Assembly (NCBI GenBank): GCA_965112155.1
Contig: OZ218103.1
Reading direction: 5' to 3' (one strand)
DNA: 64,000 nt
DNA from: Podarcis liolepis
Taxonomy: Eukaryota
In this document: one piece after another, positions 45,868-59,186 of the stretch
How positions within the stretch are numbered: position 1 is the stretch's first letter
Layout of the letters: the number at the start of each line of letters is the position of its first letter
Position numbers and translations under genes: made by a program
Notes under the pieces: model-generated
Databases searched by the model: none
Told to the model about the DNA's origin: nothing
What the model saw: the letters and a program-made list of their open reading frames with translations, nothing else

Positions 45868-46668
45868 ATTAAGATTGCCGGAAGAAATATTGACAACCTC
45901 AGATATGCAGATGACACAACTTTGATGGCAGAAAGTGAGGAGGAATTAAAGAACCTTGTAATGAGGGTGAAAGAGGAGAGGGGAAAATATGGTCTGAAGC
46001 TCAACATCAAAAAAACTAAAATCATGGCCATTGGTCCCATCACCTCCTGGCAAACAGAAGGGGAAGAAATGGAAACAGTGACAGATTATACCTTCTTGGG
46101 CTCCATAATCAATGCAGATAGTGACAGCAGCCACGAAATTAAAAAACTCCTGCTTCTTGGGAGAAAAGCAATGAGAAACCTAGACAGCATCTTAAAAAGC
46201 AGAGGCATTACCTTGCCGACAAAGATCTATATAGTGAAAGCTATGGTTTTCCCAGTAGTGATGTATGGAAGTGAGAGCTGGACCACAAAGAAGGCTGATC
46301 GCCGAAGAATTGATGCTTTTGAATTGTGCTGGAGGAGACTTGAGAGTCCCATGGACTCCAAAAAGATCAAACCTCTCCATTCTGAAGCAAATCAGCCCTG
46401 AGTGCTCACTGGAAGGACAGATTGTGAAGCTGAGGCTCCAATACTTTGGCCACCTCATGAGAAGAGAAGACTCTCTGGAAAAAAACTGATGTTGGGTAAG
46501 ATTGAGGGCACAAGGAGAAGGGGATGACAGAGGACAAGATGGTTGGACAGTGTTATAGAAGCTACAAACATGAATTTGACAAAACTCCGGGAGGCAGTGG
46601 AAGACAGGAGTGCCTGGCGTGCTCTGGTCCATGAAGAGTTGGACATGACTAATCAACTAAACAGCAAC
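45868..46668 (+). mobile_element. RTE-BovB LINE, 5'-truncated, frameshifted RT 3' end
   Basis: IKIAGRNIDNLRYADDTTLMAESEEELKNL...KAMVFPVVMYGSESWT; CAA-type tail; TSD AGTCCTATTAAG / AGTCCTATCAAG. Confidence 0.93.
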
Positions 46669-47369
46669 AGTCCTATCAAGAGGTACCTAGTGGAAAACAC
46701 TGCTGCCCATTGCTACTACTAATATGAACGTTGAACAGAGATATATTGAAAAACAGCAAGCGACCCACCCAGGCAACCTGGAAATGTTGCACTCATCAGT
46801 TAAATATAGTTTCTAACTACATATTTTAGTTAAACATGCATAGAAAAGAATTGTTCCATAATCCACCACAGTTCTTCTTAGGAAAAGAAAAGGTAACTCA
46901 ACTCTCCCCTTAAGGCAACACAGATAAAGTGATTTACAGGGGATAACACGGGGGAAAGGACTATCTTGGTAAACAGAAATATCGGGTTAGCAGAAACGTA
47001 TGACCCAGCTGCTCTTCCGAGACTATCTTCTACCATGAGCAGAAGAAGATAAACAGAAGCAGGAAGAGAAATGACTTGACATTAGCACCTTCCTTGCAGC
47101 TATAAGTGAATGGGGCTGCGATTCTGAACACCATAGTAAGTAACCTCTGTGAACTCAGCGGAACTTACTGCCGAATAAGCATGCACGGGACTGCTTTTTC
47201 TCTGTTTTTATGTTGTATATATTTGGGTTTGATTATATGGAAACGTGACAGAAGTACTGGCACCTATTGTATTTCATGGCAGGTCGGTCCTAATGTTTAC
47301 AAAACTTTCCCCACCCCCTTTCGGCTACTGCTGATAACGTTTCTGTTGTCTTTGGCGGAGTGGCTTTGA

Positions 47370-48400
47370 CCACCTGAAAGCTTTCGCCGCACCAGACGTG
47401 CGAAGACTGCGAAGGTACCACAGGAGGCCACCTCGAAGATGCGCCCGCGCTTTTCCCTCACCAGGGAAGACCCCCCTCGCTCGCTCCGCTTGCCTTTGCC
47501 ACACACGCTCTCGCGGCGCCGCCTACCGCAGGCCACACCCTCCTCTCCTCGCCGCAGACGGCCCGGAGGCGGTGCAGGCGGGCGGCCATTTTGTGGCGCT
47601 GCTCGGTCGCTGGCGCTGGGGCTCAGCGCGGGGAGCGGGGCCTGAGTGGCGAGTTAGTTTCCTTTCTAACCCACTTTTTTCCCGTACAGGCCCCTCGGTA
47701 AGAACTTAGCACTTCCCTGGCGGGGCCCCGGCTCGCCGGGGAATCGTAATAGGTGGGGAAAGCTGGGCTTGTCCGGCTCGGCTGCGAGGGGGAGCGTGTT
47801 CCCCTCCCACCTCAGCTTGCACAAAGGGCGGGAGGGCGGGAACGAGGCCTGAAGGGAGCGGAGGGTGAGGGCCGCGCTCCGGAGCCTCGTTGGCTCCTCA
47901 AGGCCTTGGCCTGTAACTCTCGCGTGGGGTCTGTAGGTTGGACAGGCATTTAGCGTCGCTAAGGCATTTTGGGCCTGGTGCGCAGGGTTGCTTGGCTGCG
48001 CCTGAGCGACGGTGCTGGTTCGGGGTAGCCTATGCGCCCCGTGGGTTTGTGACCCCCGTTTCTTTTGGGGGTAGGTGAGTATCGGCGGCTCCCTTCATAA
48101 GTGGCCTAACTAAGCCGGGCTTCCCTGGTAGCACCCCCGGGGCCGGGTCTTAGGGCGGTGCAGGCGCTCCCATTGTAGGGGATGACGGGGGCGAATGGAA
48201 GCGAACTCTGTAGTGTAAAACAAAATGGCCTGAGCTGCGGAGATTTTTTTCCTTATTTTTTTTGCACCGACCAAAAGCTGCCGCAGTACGCCGGATTCTC
48301 TGGCGTCGAAGTCAAATAAAGACTCGTCCTTGTGCAGATTCGAAGTGGTACTGGACTCAGTGTGAACAACGCCGTGATGAATTTTCGATAGCTTTCGATT
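47370..48400 (+). promoter_or_regulatory. CpG island promoter and first exon shared by RBM12 and (by synteny) CPNE1
   Basis: CpG-dense; YY1-type GCGGCCATTTTG at about 47582-47593; strong donors CG|gtaaga (47697) and AG|gtgagt (48074). Confidence 0.8.
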
Positions 48401-50778
48401 GAGATCTAGCGTCCTGTTTTCAAGGTTTTGTTTTGGTGGGGTGGTCTCCAGGTACACACACCACTGGTTGTTATTTTGGTTAACTGCGCTCTGTGAAATT
48501 TCTGGGCCCTTCGTGGTTAACAAAAATTTAAATTCGCGGCATGAAATGATACCTTACGTGTGAAACCCGGTGTCGCTGTTTTAAGTTGGCTAAAAAGGCT
48601 TTAAGAAAGATTTGGTTCTGGAGGATGACTTCAGAGTTTATGGTTGTTCTTTAGGACTCCTGGGGTGGATTTGTTTTATATCTTCACTGAAATGGGCGTA
48701 CTCTTCAGGTTATATAACAAATTCATATGTTATAGAGCGATAAGGACATCATTTGTATACAAAATTAATTTATCGTTCCGAAATTTGACTTCATAAAAGA
48801 GAGTTTCATTGTTTGCTGTATTTTCCTAGTTTCTTTATTTCCTCTGAGGGACATAAATGGAAGGATATTTGCTTTTTGAACAACAGGGCTGTTGTAAATA
48901 GGTAAAGTAATTGATGATTATTAGCCAAAGATAAAGGAAGGTGATAGGAATTAAATTTGTCAATTGACAGTAGAACAGCTAAACTCACATATAGGTACAA
49001 ACTGTTAAGATGCTATAAAAAAGGCTTTTCATTTTAAAAAAAGTATTTGTTCTTATGTATTTTGATTATTAGGAAATACTGGCTTTAGTTTTGTGTTGAC
49101 TTTGAATCCCTTTATTCCAGCACACTTTCCCTTCCACTTCCCCAGCTATTGATAAGCATAGTAATCCTACATTTTTAATACTGTTTGTTTGAAACAAAGC
49201 TCCAAGAAAATGCTTGGTGTTGGAAAGTTACTATGTACTTAGGAATGTTCTGCTTACCTCATGAATAAAAAAGAAGCTTATCATAGGTTCTATAGGATTT
49301 TGGTGTATATTTCGGAACTCAAGGGCAACAGAGTATTCATTGGGCACGAAGGAGTCATTAAGACCAGGGATAAATTAATATGACAGAATATCTCAGCAGA
49401 TCTGGTAGTATGCTTTTTTTTTGAAATGGTTTTTGATTTCTGAACATGCTTGCTTGGAATTATGCATGCAGCATAAACCACAGAAAATAGTTATGGGAAA
49501 AACTGAGCATGATGGCAGACCCTTTTGTTGAATAGAAATGTGCACTGGGAACTGGTTGGAGAAAAATATCTCTTAGCATTTATATTTTGCAGTGAAATAA
49601 CCATGTGGAACATTATTAAGCTATTTAGAAATGAAAAATGGCGATCTCTCGAATTGTACAAAAAATTGTCACCAGGATAATAGAAAGATTTCAGATACTG
49701 AAGTTTGGCTTGTGCTGAATAATTCTCACATGGATTAACATATGTCCTAATCTTGAATTGTAAATAGTTTATAAGGTCAGGTAGTGAATGGGTTCTTGGG
49801 TTTTGCTGTTCAGACAGGTGTTTTACTTCAGATTTTATGCGGGAATTCACACTGTTTAAGTTTTGTGGTGCTGATGTTGATTTGTTCCTTGAAAGTCTCT
49901 GTTTTGATTAATTGTTATTTCCTGTGGTCAGCAAATATACGGTTTTCTTTAAATAAGGCATTATTACAGATATCACCTGTTCATAGAACTGCCTGTCAAA
50001 CCATTCATGAGATGTGTGGAATTCAGTATTCGTTTTTGTTTCCTTTCTTTAAATGGAAAATATTTTCAGGATCTGCAGATCAGGATTTCCATATTACATT
50101 AGGGTTGTGTGTGTTTAAGTACTAGTGTATATAAACTTGCTGAACGTTGGACACAATGATTGTGAAATACTGTTTGGTCCTGTGCTTTGAGAAGAAGATT
50201 GTCCTGTTTGCAATTTATGTTGGATTGTATGTTGATTCTGCAGCTCTAAAATAAGCAAGGTTAAAGAAATAGGAGGAGGTTTATTGTAAGGTATTTGCAG
50301 TCTGATTTGGCTTCAGCAAATGTGAAATGACTTTGAAAGGATGTTGTGTTTTGGTTTATTTAAAATACTTCTTAATTGGGTGAGAAGTTGTAGCATTAGA
50401 AAACTATTCTAGTTTTCTTGATCAGGAAAAATAAACTAGCCCTCTTTATGAAATGAGACAAATCAGCTATCTGAAGAGAGAATGCAAAGTTAATTTCTTT
50501 AATGAATGTGTTCTGGCTTTTTGTTTGTATTCATTCTCATGTTGAATATTTTTTGTTTTAAAATAAAAGTAATTGTTGCTATCAAAATGTGTGAAGCTGT
50601 GGAAAAGACCAAGGAATGTATATTTCATGCACTCTCAAACTTGTGGTTCCCATGTATTGGAGTGCCTTATGATGGACATTGTCCCAGACTGTCATAATAC
50701 ACAGCACATTGTGGACTGCTAACTTTTAGTTATGTGTTGCTTGCATTGATTTTTGCCTCCATTTATTCTTTATTTCAG

Positions 50779-50865
50779 TCTAAAAGTTGGTTTTAATTGG
50801 TTGCCCACAGGATTGCCTTGGCTTCTACTACTTGTTAAGGAAAAAAAACACACCTCTCTTGGCAG
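50779..50865 (+). other. RBM12: RBM12/CPNE1 non-coding 5'UTR exon (internal alternative acceptor at 50810)
   Basis: tttcag|TCTAAAAGTTGGTTTTAATTGGTTGCCCACAGGATTG...CAG|gtaaga; resembles the mammalian RBM12 5'UTR exon as I recall it. Confidence 0.75.
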
Positions 50866-52444
50866 GTAAGATACTGAAGATGTATTTATGCTTACTGAAC
50901 ACGCTTGGATAATTCAAAGTACTCAGGAAGATAGAGCTAGTACATGAGTTACTTTAAAAAGTTTAAATCACCAAAACTATATGGAGGTTCCCCCCTCCTT
51001 TGTTGGCCTCAAGTTATGATTTTTTTGGTAAAACTTTCTGTGGGTAGAATTCTTTAAGATTGAGGTCTTTTTAGGGTTATGTGGTTTTTAAAACACCATT
51101 AACTCTTCTGTATAGCAAGTTTTGTGTAGTTACCCAAATTGTCTAGTCATGTAGGTTAAAAAACAAACAAAACCCAGGTGAGTTCTTCTCTCCTAGCTGA
51201 AGCTTGGCAGCTAAGTCTTTAATTTGCATTTGGTGTTTGAATACATTTTTATTATAATTGTAGCTCTTTGGTGTTTAGTCTGAAATAATTAATACATTTT
51301 GTGATGCACATCAGTATTAGCTATATATTTGCAAAGTCAGATTTTTATATATCCGTGCCCCCCAAAATACATTCTTTACATATACCATGATGGTTATATC
51401 TACAGCCTGTTGTTTTCTGGAGAACTGTACTATTTTGCTGCTCAGTCTTCTATGTAACATTTATGAACTGTTGTTAAATGGCTGTGCAAACATTTGTGTC
51501 TTGTATTTTTTAATAAGTATCTCCAGATGAATGAATTATTTAAAATGGAAGGCCATGTTAGGCAGCTTTATGACATTATGGAAGAAATGCATTCTTTGAG
51601 ATAATGGCCCAAAGATTAATAATTTAGTTTCAAATATTTTTATCCTTCTCTCTATCTAAAATATAATCAAAGCAGCTATTAAATCTAAAACATCAGTAAC
51701 TACAGTTTGGTATAAAATAAACAGCACAGCATAGCTTTTTGGTAAGTATAGAAGACAAAAGCTTTTGTGAACTACCCACATGAAAACAAATAAAGATGGA
51801 GCCAAGTAGACATCTCTCAAAATGACGTTCCAAAATATTTACACATTGTCAGAAAAGGCCCTGTTTCTATGGTCTACCAGTGACATTTCTGGTGATGAAG
51901 TATGGAACAAGACTTTGGTGTCTCAATATTTCAGCAGGTTCCTAAGACAGACTTAATAGTTTTGATTAATAGAATGTATATATCTGGACTGGTTTATCTC
52001 AAAAATCCTTATGGTTGCAGAGAAAGATTTGGCTGTAAACAATACTGTTGCTTGCTTGTGATGATTGAAAGCATGTCCTTGTTTTTGTGTAAGACCACAA
52101 TTTTGGTGCACATAGTGCAAGTGAAATACTTACGTAGGTCCGATTAGGAGGCTTCTACGTTTTTCAGACCAAGGACCAGGCTAAAGTGCAGACATGTGTT
52201 TGGGCATTTATACTTAATTTTCATCATATAGGCTTTGTCCTCTTTGCACAGGGTTGCATTCCTGGTGCCTGCACACATTGGAGCGTACATAAGCCTACTC
52301 TTTTACGCCCCCAACTTGTGTTCAGACCACTTCCACAGACCACATTTGTTTGGCAGTAGTTCTGCTGTTGCAGTCTGCTTTAGATCCTGGAGACCAGTTG
52401 AATAACTGTGGTAATAAGGTATGCAACAAGGTATCTTCAGACAA

Positions 52445-52687
52445 TACACCTTGATTTATGGACTTAATCCGGAAGTCCGTTCTTAAACCAAAGTGTTCTT
52501 AAACCAAGGCATGCTTTCCCATAGCAGCAGGGGCCTCAATTTACAAATGGAACACACTCAACAGGAAGCAGAACATGTTCTGCTTCCAAGGCAAAGTTCA
52601 CAAACCAAAACACCTACTTCTGGGTATGCAGCATTCTTAATCCAAGTTGTTCATAAACTAAGCTGTTCTTAAACCAAGGTACCACTG
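52445..52687. mobile_element. Tigger-like MITE with degenerate left end
   Basis: Repeated GTTCTTAAACCAAG; right end AGGTACCACTG|TA. Confidence 0.6.
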
Positions 52688-54828
52688 TATATTTGTGGTG
52701 GGTCTTGAACATGCAAAATTGAATGTTCTTCAAAAACCAGTTGAAGATATTAATAGAACTTGAGCCTCTGTGCAAAGGTTCCAGTCATAGACACCCTCAA
52801 TATTATATAACATGGTTTACAGCTTATTCAGTCTTTTAACAAAAATGTTTTAGCCTTTTTATGATGTGCTGAAGTCTGTATTCTACTGAATAGGCCTATT
52901 CACTCTTTTGATTTTGCTGCTTAGGTTATGATTATAACACTTCTGCAGAATAAATGTTTTGTAGATGTTGCTGTCCAAATAATAATAATAGTTTATACCC
53001 CGCCCATCTGGCTGGGTTTCCCCAGCCATTCTGGGTGGCTTCCAACTGAATATTAAAAACAATACAGCATCTTCCACTAATATGTTGTACTAGTTTTGAA
53101 TGCTTGCTTTAACTTGTACTAAATTGTTTGCTTGCATTTGAATAATCTACATTTTCTTATGCTTTTAAATTAGGGATTAATAAACTTTTTAAAAGCCTTT
53201 TCCTATTTCTCATTTGCAAATCTATTGCATAGTAATTTGTATCTGTGACTGTCATAACATCTTAAAGGTGACACTGCAGATTTCAAACCTGTTTTATTTT
53301 AAAAGAAAACTCTTTAATTAAGAGTACTTACTACAGTAAATATAAGCAACATTGTAAAACTGGACAAAATATATTACAACACAAAACCACTGTTATTAGC
53401 CTGAAGGGAAGGGTTTAAATAAAACAATAACTATTATAATTATAATTATTTCTACCAGGAACTAAATGAACTTCAGAAAGACTGTGACATCACATTTTCA
53501 CCAAATATGATGTACAGTATCCAGTCCATCAATAGCCCTTCCAGCACTTAGACATTAGGATGAATGTGAAGTACTCTCTGTATCTTAATGAGATTTAGCA
53601 TTATTAGTGGATGACTTTGAACGTTCCCTCTTTGATCTAGCATAGATATATTGAAAAAATGTTTAAATGAAATTTGCTTCCAGTATTCTGGTGGCATAAG
53701 CTGGTTTCCTGATTTGTTTGGTAATGAGAAAATGTGATTGTAAATCCCAGGCAACATGGGACCATTGGAGCATTTATTTTTCATACTGCTGGCTACTGGC
53801 TACTTGGTTGTTTCAGCTAAAGTTCATTTTATAGTTCTCTCTGCAACCATAAGGAGAGAGGAAGGTTCTTCTGATGAGCTTCAACTAAATCAAAGCCAAT
53901 TTATTGAAAATTTTATGATACTTCAAAAGCAATTACGTAAGTTTTTATCCCTTCATGTTAGCAAGCTGATGAATGGTTTTAAAAGCATTTTCTTTTAACA
54001 AAAAAGGGTTTTTTTAAAAAAAGAAGAAATCATTAACATTTTAAATACTATTTCCTTTATCACATTATTTTTCCTAGAGATGCCCGTCCTTTTTTTAATT
54101 TAGGAAGGCTTTTAACCGTACTATGTAGCTATTTCAGAGGGGCATTATCTGAAACAGCAACATAATCAAACACAGGGTGCAGGAGAGGTGTATTACTGGT
54201 TCCTATCTGACTTCTAAAATACATCTTGCAGTGCCTGGTAATTCTAGAGTTTTCCATCCAAACACCAAACCAAGTATTGGCTTGCTTGTATAAAGGAATT
54301 AATGGCTTTGTGAAAGCTGCAGAGTAGGATGAGATTCTTTAAAAAAACAAATCAAAAGTGAGGAGCAAGGAATAGGCTGGAGAGATTTCATGTCTCTAGA
54401 TACCAAGCAATGTGATGTATAGGAATTTTGAAGTAGTTATGCATTCCTGTGTGGGACTGAAGTATAAGATTGTGACATAAGATAAGTGTTTTAAAAATAA
54501 AAAGTTCGTTGGTGAACAGGAGCCTAAAATATTATTCCAGCCTTGAGCTAAATGAGCTTAATGCAAGAAGTTTGCTTTTGGATTGTCATATCTGAAGCTG
54601 GTGTTCTCCAGAAGGATTTGTCTTGGTTCCAGTTTTTGACTGTGTTCTTGTCAACAGCCTTTAACATTCCATATTGCAATTTATTGGAAAGCTTTGATGC
54701 AATTGTGCTTTAAAAGTACTTTGTAGAGAAAGCTGCATGAATAAAGATCACAAATTGTAAATTGATTTAAGATCTGCAGGAGCTTTTAAACATAAGTATC
54801 TAGGTTAAGCATATGGTGTCTTAAATAG

Positions 54829-55007
54829 NNNNNNNNNNNNNNNNNNNNNNNNNNNNNNNNNNNNNNNNNNNNNNNNNNNNNNNNNNNNNNNNNNNNNNNN
54901 NNNNNNNNNNNNNNNNNNNNNNNNNNNNNNNNNNNNNNNNNNNNNNNNNNNNNNNNNNNNNNNNNNNNNNNNNNNNNNNNNNNNNNNNNNNNNNNNNNNN
55001 NNNNNNN
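54829..55007. other. Assembly gap (179 N)
   Basis: Run of N. Confidence 1.
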
Positions 55008-55008
55008 G

Positions 55009-57525
55009 GCTTTCATCGTCTTTGCCACTGATGAAGATGCAAGGCTGGGTATGATGCGCACAGGTGGTACCATTAAAGGGTCCAAAGTAACACTGTTGCT
55101 GAGCAGTAAAACTGAAATGCAGAATATGATTGAACTCAGTCGCAGGCGCTTTGAAACAGCAAATCTAGATATGCCACCAGCAAATGCTAGCAGGTCTGGG
55201 CCTCCACCTAGTTCTGGAATAAGTAGCAGGGTGACTCTTCCTACGACAGTACCTAACTTTAACAGTCCCTCTCCTAGTGTAGTTACTGCAGCTACTTCAG
55301 TTCATGAAAGCAACAAAAACATACCAACATTCTCCACTGCCAGTATGGGAACTGCTCCTCCTAATATTGGTGCTACTTTTGGAAGTCCCACCTTTAGTTC
55401 CACCATACCTAGTACAGCATCCTCAATGAACACAGTACCACCTCCACCAATACCTCCAATTCCAGCTCTGCCATCATTGCCCCCAATGCCTTCCATTCCT
55501 CCCATCCCTGTCCCACCTCCAGTACCTACACTGCCTCCTGTTCCCCCAGTTCCCCCAATACCTCCTGTACCTCCTGTGCCACCTATGACCCCTCTGCCTC
55601 CTTTATCAGGAATGCCTCCAATGAATCCCCCACCTGTAGCACCTTTGCCTACAGGAATGAATGGATCTGGAACAGCCATGAATCTGAGCACTAACTTGAA
55701 TCCAATGTTCATGAGTCCCATAAATCCTATTCAGATCAATTCTCAAAGTGGTGTGAAATCACTTCCTATCAATCCAGATGATCTGTATGTCAGTGTGCAT
55801 GGAATGCCATTCTCAGCAACAGAATCTGACGTGAAAGACTTTTTTCATGGACTTCGTGTGGATGCAGTGCATATACTGAAAGATCATGTAGGACGAAATA
55901 ATGGAAATGGATTAGTTAAGTTTTGTTCTCCTCAAGATACATTTGAAGCCTTGAAGCGAAACAGGATGCTGATGATTCAGCGCTATGTCGAAGTTGGTCC
56001 TGCAACAGAGAGACAATGGGTGTCTGCAGGAGGCCATATAACATTCAAGCAAACCATGGGTCCTTCTGGACAAAATCATCCTTCTCCTCAGACTCACTCT
56101 ATGTCTAAATCACCTAATGGTCAGAAAAGATCCAGATCCAGATCACCACATGACCAGGGCTTCTGTGTTTATTTAAAAGGACTTCCTTTTGAATCTGAGA
56201 ACAAGCATGTAATAGATTTCTTTAAAAAGCTGGATATTGTGGAAGACAGTATTTACATAGCTTATGGACCCAATGGGAAAGCACTTGGTGAAGGTTTTGT
56301 TGAGTTCAGAAATGAAACTGACTACAAAGCAGCTTTATGTCATCATAAGCAGTACATTGGAAATCGTTTCATTCAAGTACATCCCATAACAAAAAAAGCT
56401 ATGTTAGAAAAGATAGAAATGATTCGGAAAAGACTGCAGAACTTCAACTATGATCAGCGTGAGATCATTATGAATACTGAAGGGGAGACTGGCCCTTCTA
56501 AACTGTGTGCACATATATCCAATATCCCCTACAACATTACTAAAATGGAAATACTTCAGTTTCTAGAGGGACTGGCAGTGGAAGAGAACTCTATACAAAT
56601 TCTTGTTGATACTAATGGGCAAGGTTTAGGACAAGCACTGGTCCAATTCAAAGCTGAAGAAGATGCTCGTAAATCAGAGCGCCTGCATCGAAAGAAACTA
56701 AATGGGAGAGATGTTGTGCTAAGAGTTATTTCCCTTGAAGAAATGAGAGAAATTGAGAGAAATCCTCCCTCCCAGGGGAAAAAAATGTTGAAAATGCCAT
56801 TGCAAGGGAGTGCACTAATGCCAGGAGTGCAGAATGCTGGTGGGGATAAACATACTTTCATAGGTAATAGCCCCAAAGATGCAAACAGTGGTCCTCCTTT
56901 TCATTTCCCCAGCAATTTCAGTGGGTCCAATGCATTTGGCCCCCCTCTTCCACCTCCAGGAATAGGTGGTGGCTTTGGTGATTCAAGGCCAGGGATGCCT
57001 TCTATTGGAAATAGTGGCCTGCCTGGTCTGCCTGGTTCAGGAATTGATGTTCCGGGTTTTGGAGGTGGGCCTAGCAATTTAACTGGGCCATCAGGTTTCA
57101 CCGGAGGTCCTCAGAACTTTGGAAATGGGCCTGGTAATTTAACTGTTCCTCCTAACTTTGGTAGTGGACCTCCAGGTCTTGGTGGTGCGCTTGGACATTT
57201 AAGTGGACCTCCAGGGTTTGGACCTGGACCTGGAAACTTGCATATTGCTGGGCCACCTGGGTTTGGAGCTGGCTCTGGAAAGCCAGGGCCGACTGTCATT
57301 AAAGTTCAGAATATGCCCTTTACTGTATCAGTGGATGAAATTTTGGATTTCTTCTATGGTTACCAAGTAATCCCAGGTTCAGTGTGCTTAAAATACAATG
57401 AAAAGGGCATGCCAACAGGTGAAGCAATGGTTGCATTTGAATCTCGTGATGAAGCGATGGCAGCTGTTGTTGATCTGAATGACAGGCCAATAGGCTCAAG
57501 AAAAGTCAAACTTGTTCTAGGGTAG
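55009..57525 (+). CDS. RBM12: RNA-binding protein 12, single coding exon; about 42 N-terminal codons hidden in the gap
   Basis: Open frame from the gap edge (AFIVFATDEDARLGMMRTGGTIKGSKVTLLLSS), then a Pro-rich tract, RRMs (LYVSVHGMPFS, CVYLKGLPFE, CAHISNIPYN, VIKVQNMPF), a Gly/Pro region and DRPIGSRKVKLVLG*. Confidence 0.96.
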   Translation, partial: AFIVFATDEDARLGMMRTGGTIKGSKVTLLLSSKTEMQNMIELSRRRFETANLDMPPANASRSGPPPSSGISSRVTLPTTVPNFNSPSPSVVTAATSVHESNKNIPTFSTASMGTAPPNIGATFGSPTFSSTIPSTASSMNTVPPPPIPPIPALPSLPPMPSIPPIPVPPPVPTLPPVPPVPPIPPVPPVPPMTPLPPLSGMPPMNPPPVAPLPTGMNGSGTAMNLSTNLNPMFMSPINPIQINSQSGVKSLPINPDDLYVSVHGMPFSATESDVKDFFHGLRVDAVHILKDHVGRNNGNGLVKFCSPQDTFEALKRNRMLMIQRYVEVGPATERQWVSAGGHITFKQTMGPSGQNHPSPQTHSMSKSPNGQKRSRSRSPHDQGFCVYLKGLPFESENKHVIDFFKKLDIVEDSIYIAYGPNGKALGEGFVEFRNETDYKAALCHHKQYIGNRFIQVHPITKKAMLEKIEMIRKRLQNFNYDQREIIMNTEGETGPSKLCAHISNIPYNITKMEILQFLEGLAVEENSIQILVDTNGQGLGQALVQFKAEEDARKSERLHRKKLNGRDVVLRVISLEEMREIERNPPSQGKKMLKMPLQGSALMPGVQNAGGDKHTFIGNSPKDANSGPPFHFPSNFSGSNAFGPPLPPPGIGGGFGDSRPGMPSIGNSGLPGLPGSGIDVPGFGGGPSNLTGPSGFTGGPQNFGNGPGNLTVPPNFGSGPPGLGGALGHLSGPPGFGPGPGNLHIAGPPGFGAGSGKPGPTVIKVQNMPFTVSVDEILDFFYGYQVIPGSVCLKYNEKGMPTGEAMVAFESRDEAMAAVVDLNDRPIGSRKVKLVLG

Positions 57526-59186
57526 CTGGTAATATAAAATGTTTGTAGAATAGATATTAGTGCTGTGATTTATGCATTCAGACTGTTTTATAGTAGCTCC
57601 AGGTTAGAACCTATAAATTGTTTAAACTTTCCATTTGTTTTGATTTGACTGGTTTAATTGTTTACAGAGCAATCACTGCAAGGGGAAATGTGCAGTTGTT
57701 CTACCAGTACAGATACATAAAGAAGGATTCTCCTCAGTAGAAAAAGTTTGCTAATGCTAAATTAACCATGCAATGTTTATCAAGGAGTCTAGATTGTGTT
57801 TTTGTTTTTTGAAATCTTGGACGAGGAAAACTGTCTTGATGAAGTTAGTGATCTCTTAGTGGGTGCTGTTGCAAGCTATTGTAAAATAGGAAGTAGCTAT
57901 TTCTAGAGTTGGTTAAAAGCTGGCTGAATTTCTTTGTTTACACAGGTCAAAGTTTTTTTGCTTTTGTTTTTTTTGGGTTATTTTGCTTAAAAGTCCCGAG
58001 TTTAACTTTGCAACTGAATAAAGTCTAAGTATACACAGATTGTTTATGTACCTTATTTTTTCAAAGATTCTTGGTGTATGGACAGTGAAATTATGTACAT
58101 TGAGAAACATATAGGCAGTTTTCCTATACATAAACAGAACAATCTGTAAAATTCCAAGTTTTGTGGAATAATTTTAGTTCATATTTCAACTGACTGTATA
58201 GAATAAGGCTTTGCCACAAGTGCAGATACCTTCATTTATTACTCTGCATCTTTACTGTATGCTTAATATTGAATACATGGAGGTGCCATACCATGCCACA
58301 ATTTGAAAGTAAAACTGTTTGATTAGATGGATTTGTTAGGATTGTATGTTACAGTTGGGATAGGATCCTCATCACTTGGTTTTTGTACACTCTGTATGTT
58401 GTGTATATTTTTGAACCACACCCTTCTGAAATCTCTTGGTCTATTAAGTGAACATAAGGGACTGATGCAAAGTGTTAATGTTAGCAATCATTTGTGTTAC
58501 TATGATTCCATGAAATCTTGTGAATTATTGCTATGATCACTTAAGATATTAAAGCATTGAAATGTCTCCCGTCACAAATTGAGTTCTTAAAGTCTTTCCA
58601 ATAGATTACATTGTTCAAATTCTGTGTAGAATTGTCACTTTCTTGGTAGAACTCTCTAATGAAAGAGGGATGATGCAAATCAAAGACTGTCCATGATTAG
58701 ATTCAACAAGTTGCCTGAAAAAACACTTACAAATCATTGTATATTTAAAAAACATTTTAAGCTATTCTGATCCCAGTTAAAGGGAAACAGTGTCCATTTG
58801 AGTTGAGTATGATGGAACATCTGAAGTGCACAGCCTGGCATAATGTAGAAGTGGCAACCATTCTATTCTAGTCATCCAGTGTGTTAGGTGAATGAAAAAA
58901 CATGCTGAATTGCTGCATCATGAGAGGATTTTGCAGTACAGTAATTCAAGGATTGTGTGAAAGTGTTGCAATGAAGTGGTGGCTGTATTACAAATTTTGT
59001 AATTCATGGATTTGAAACTGTTTTGACAGGAACAGAGATGGTGCATTCCTGAAAAATGACATGATTGTACTACACTGTTAAAATTACTAAGCCTCCTGTT
59101 AATAAAACTGTCTTTCTGAAGTTTCTTGCTATCTATTTTTAATTGTCTGGTGTGTTTCAACAGCAGACTTCTTTTATTGAACGGTC

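Noticed and set aside
53860-53915. CTGATGA hammerhead-like core
   Set aside because: No GAAA closing stem II and no stems I/III
55302-57299. Antisense Gly/Pro-rich ORFs
   Set aside because: Shadow frames of the RBM12 low-complexity regions
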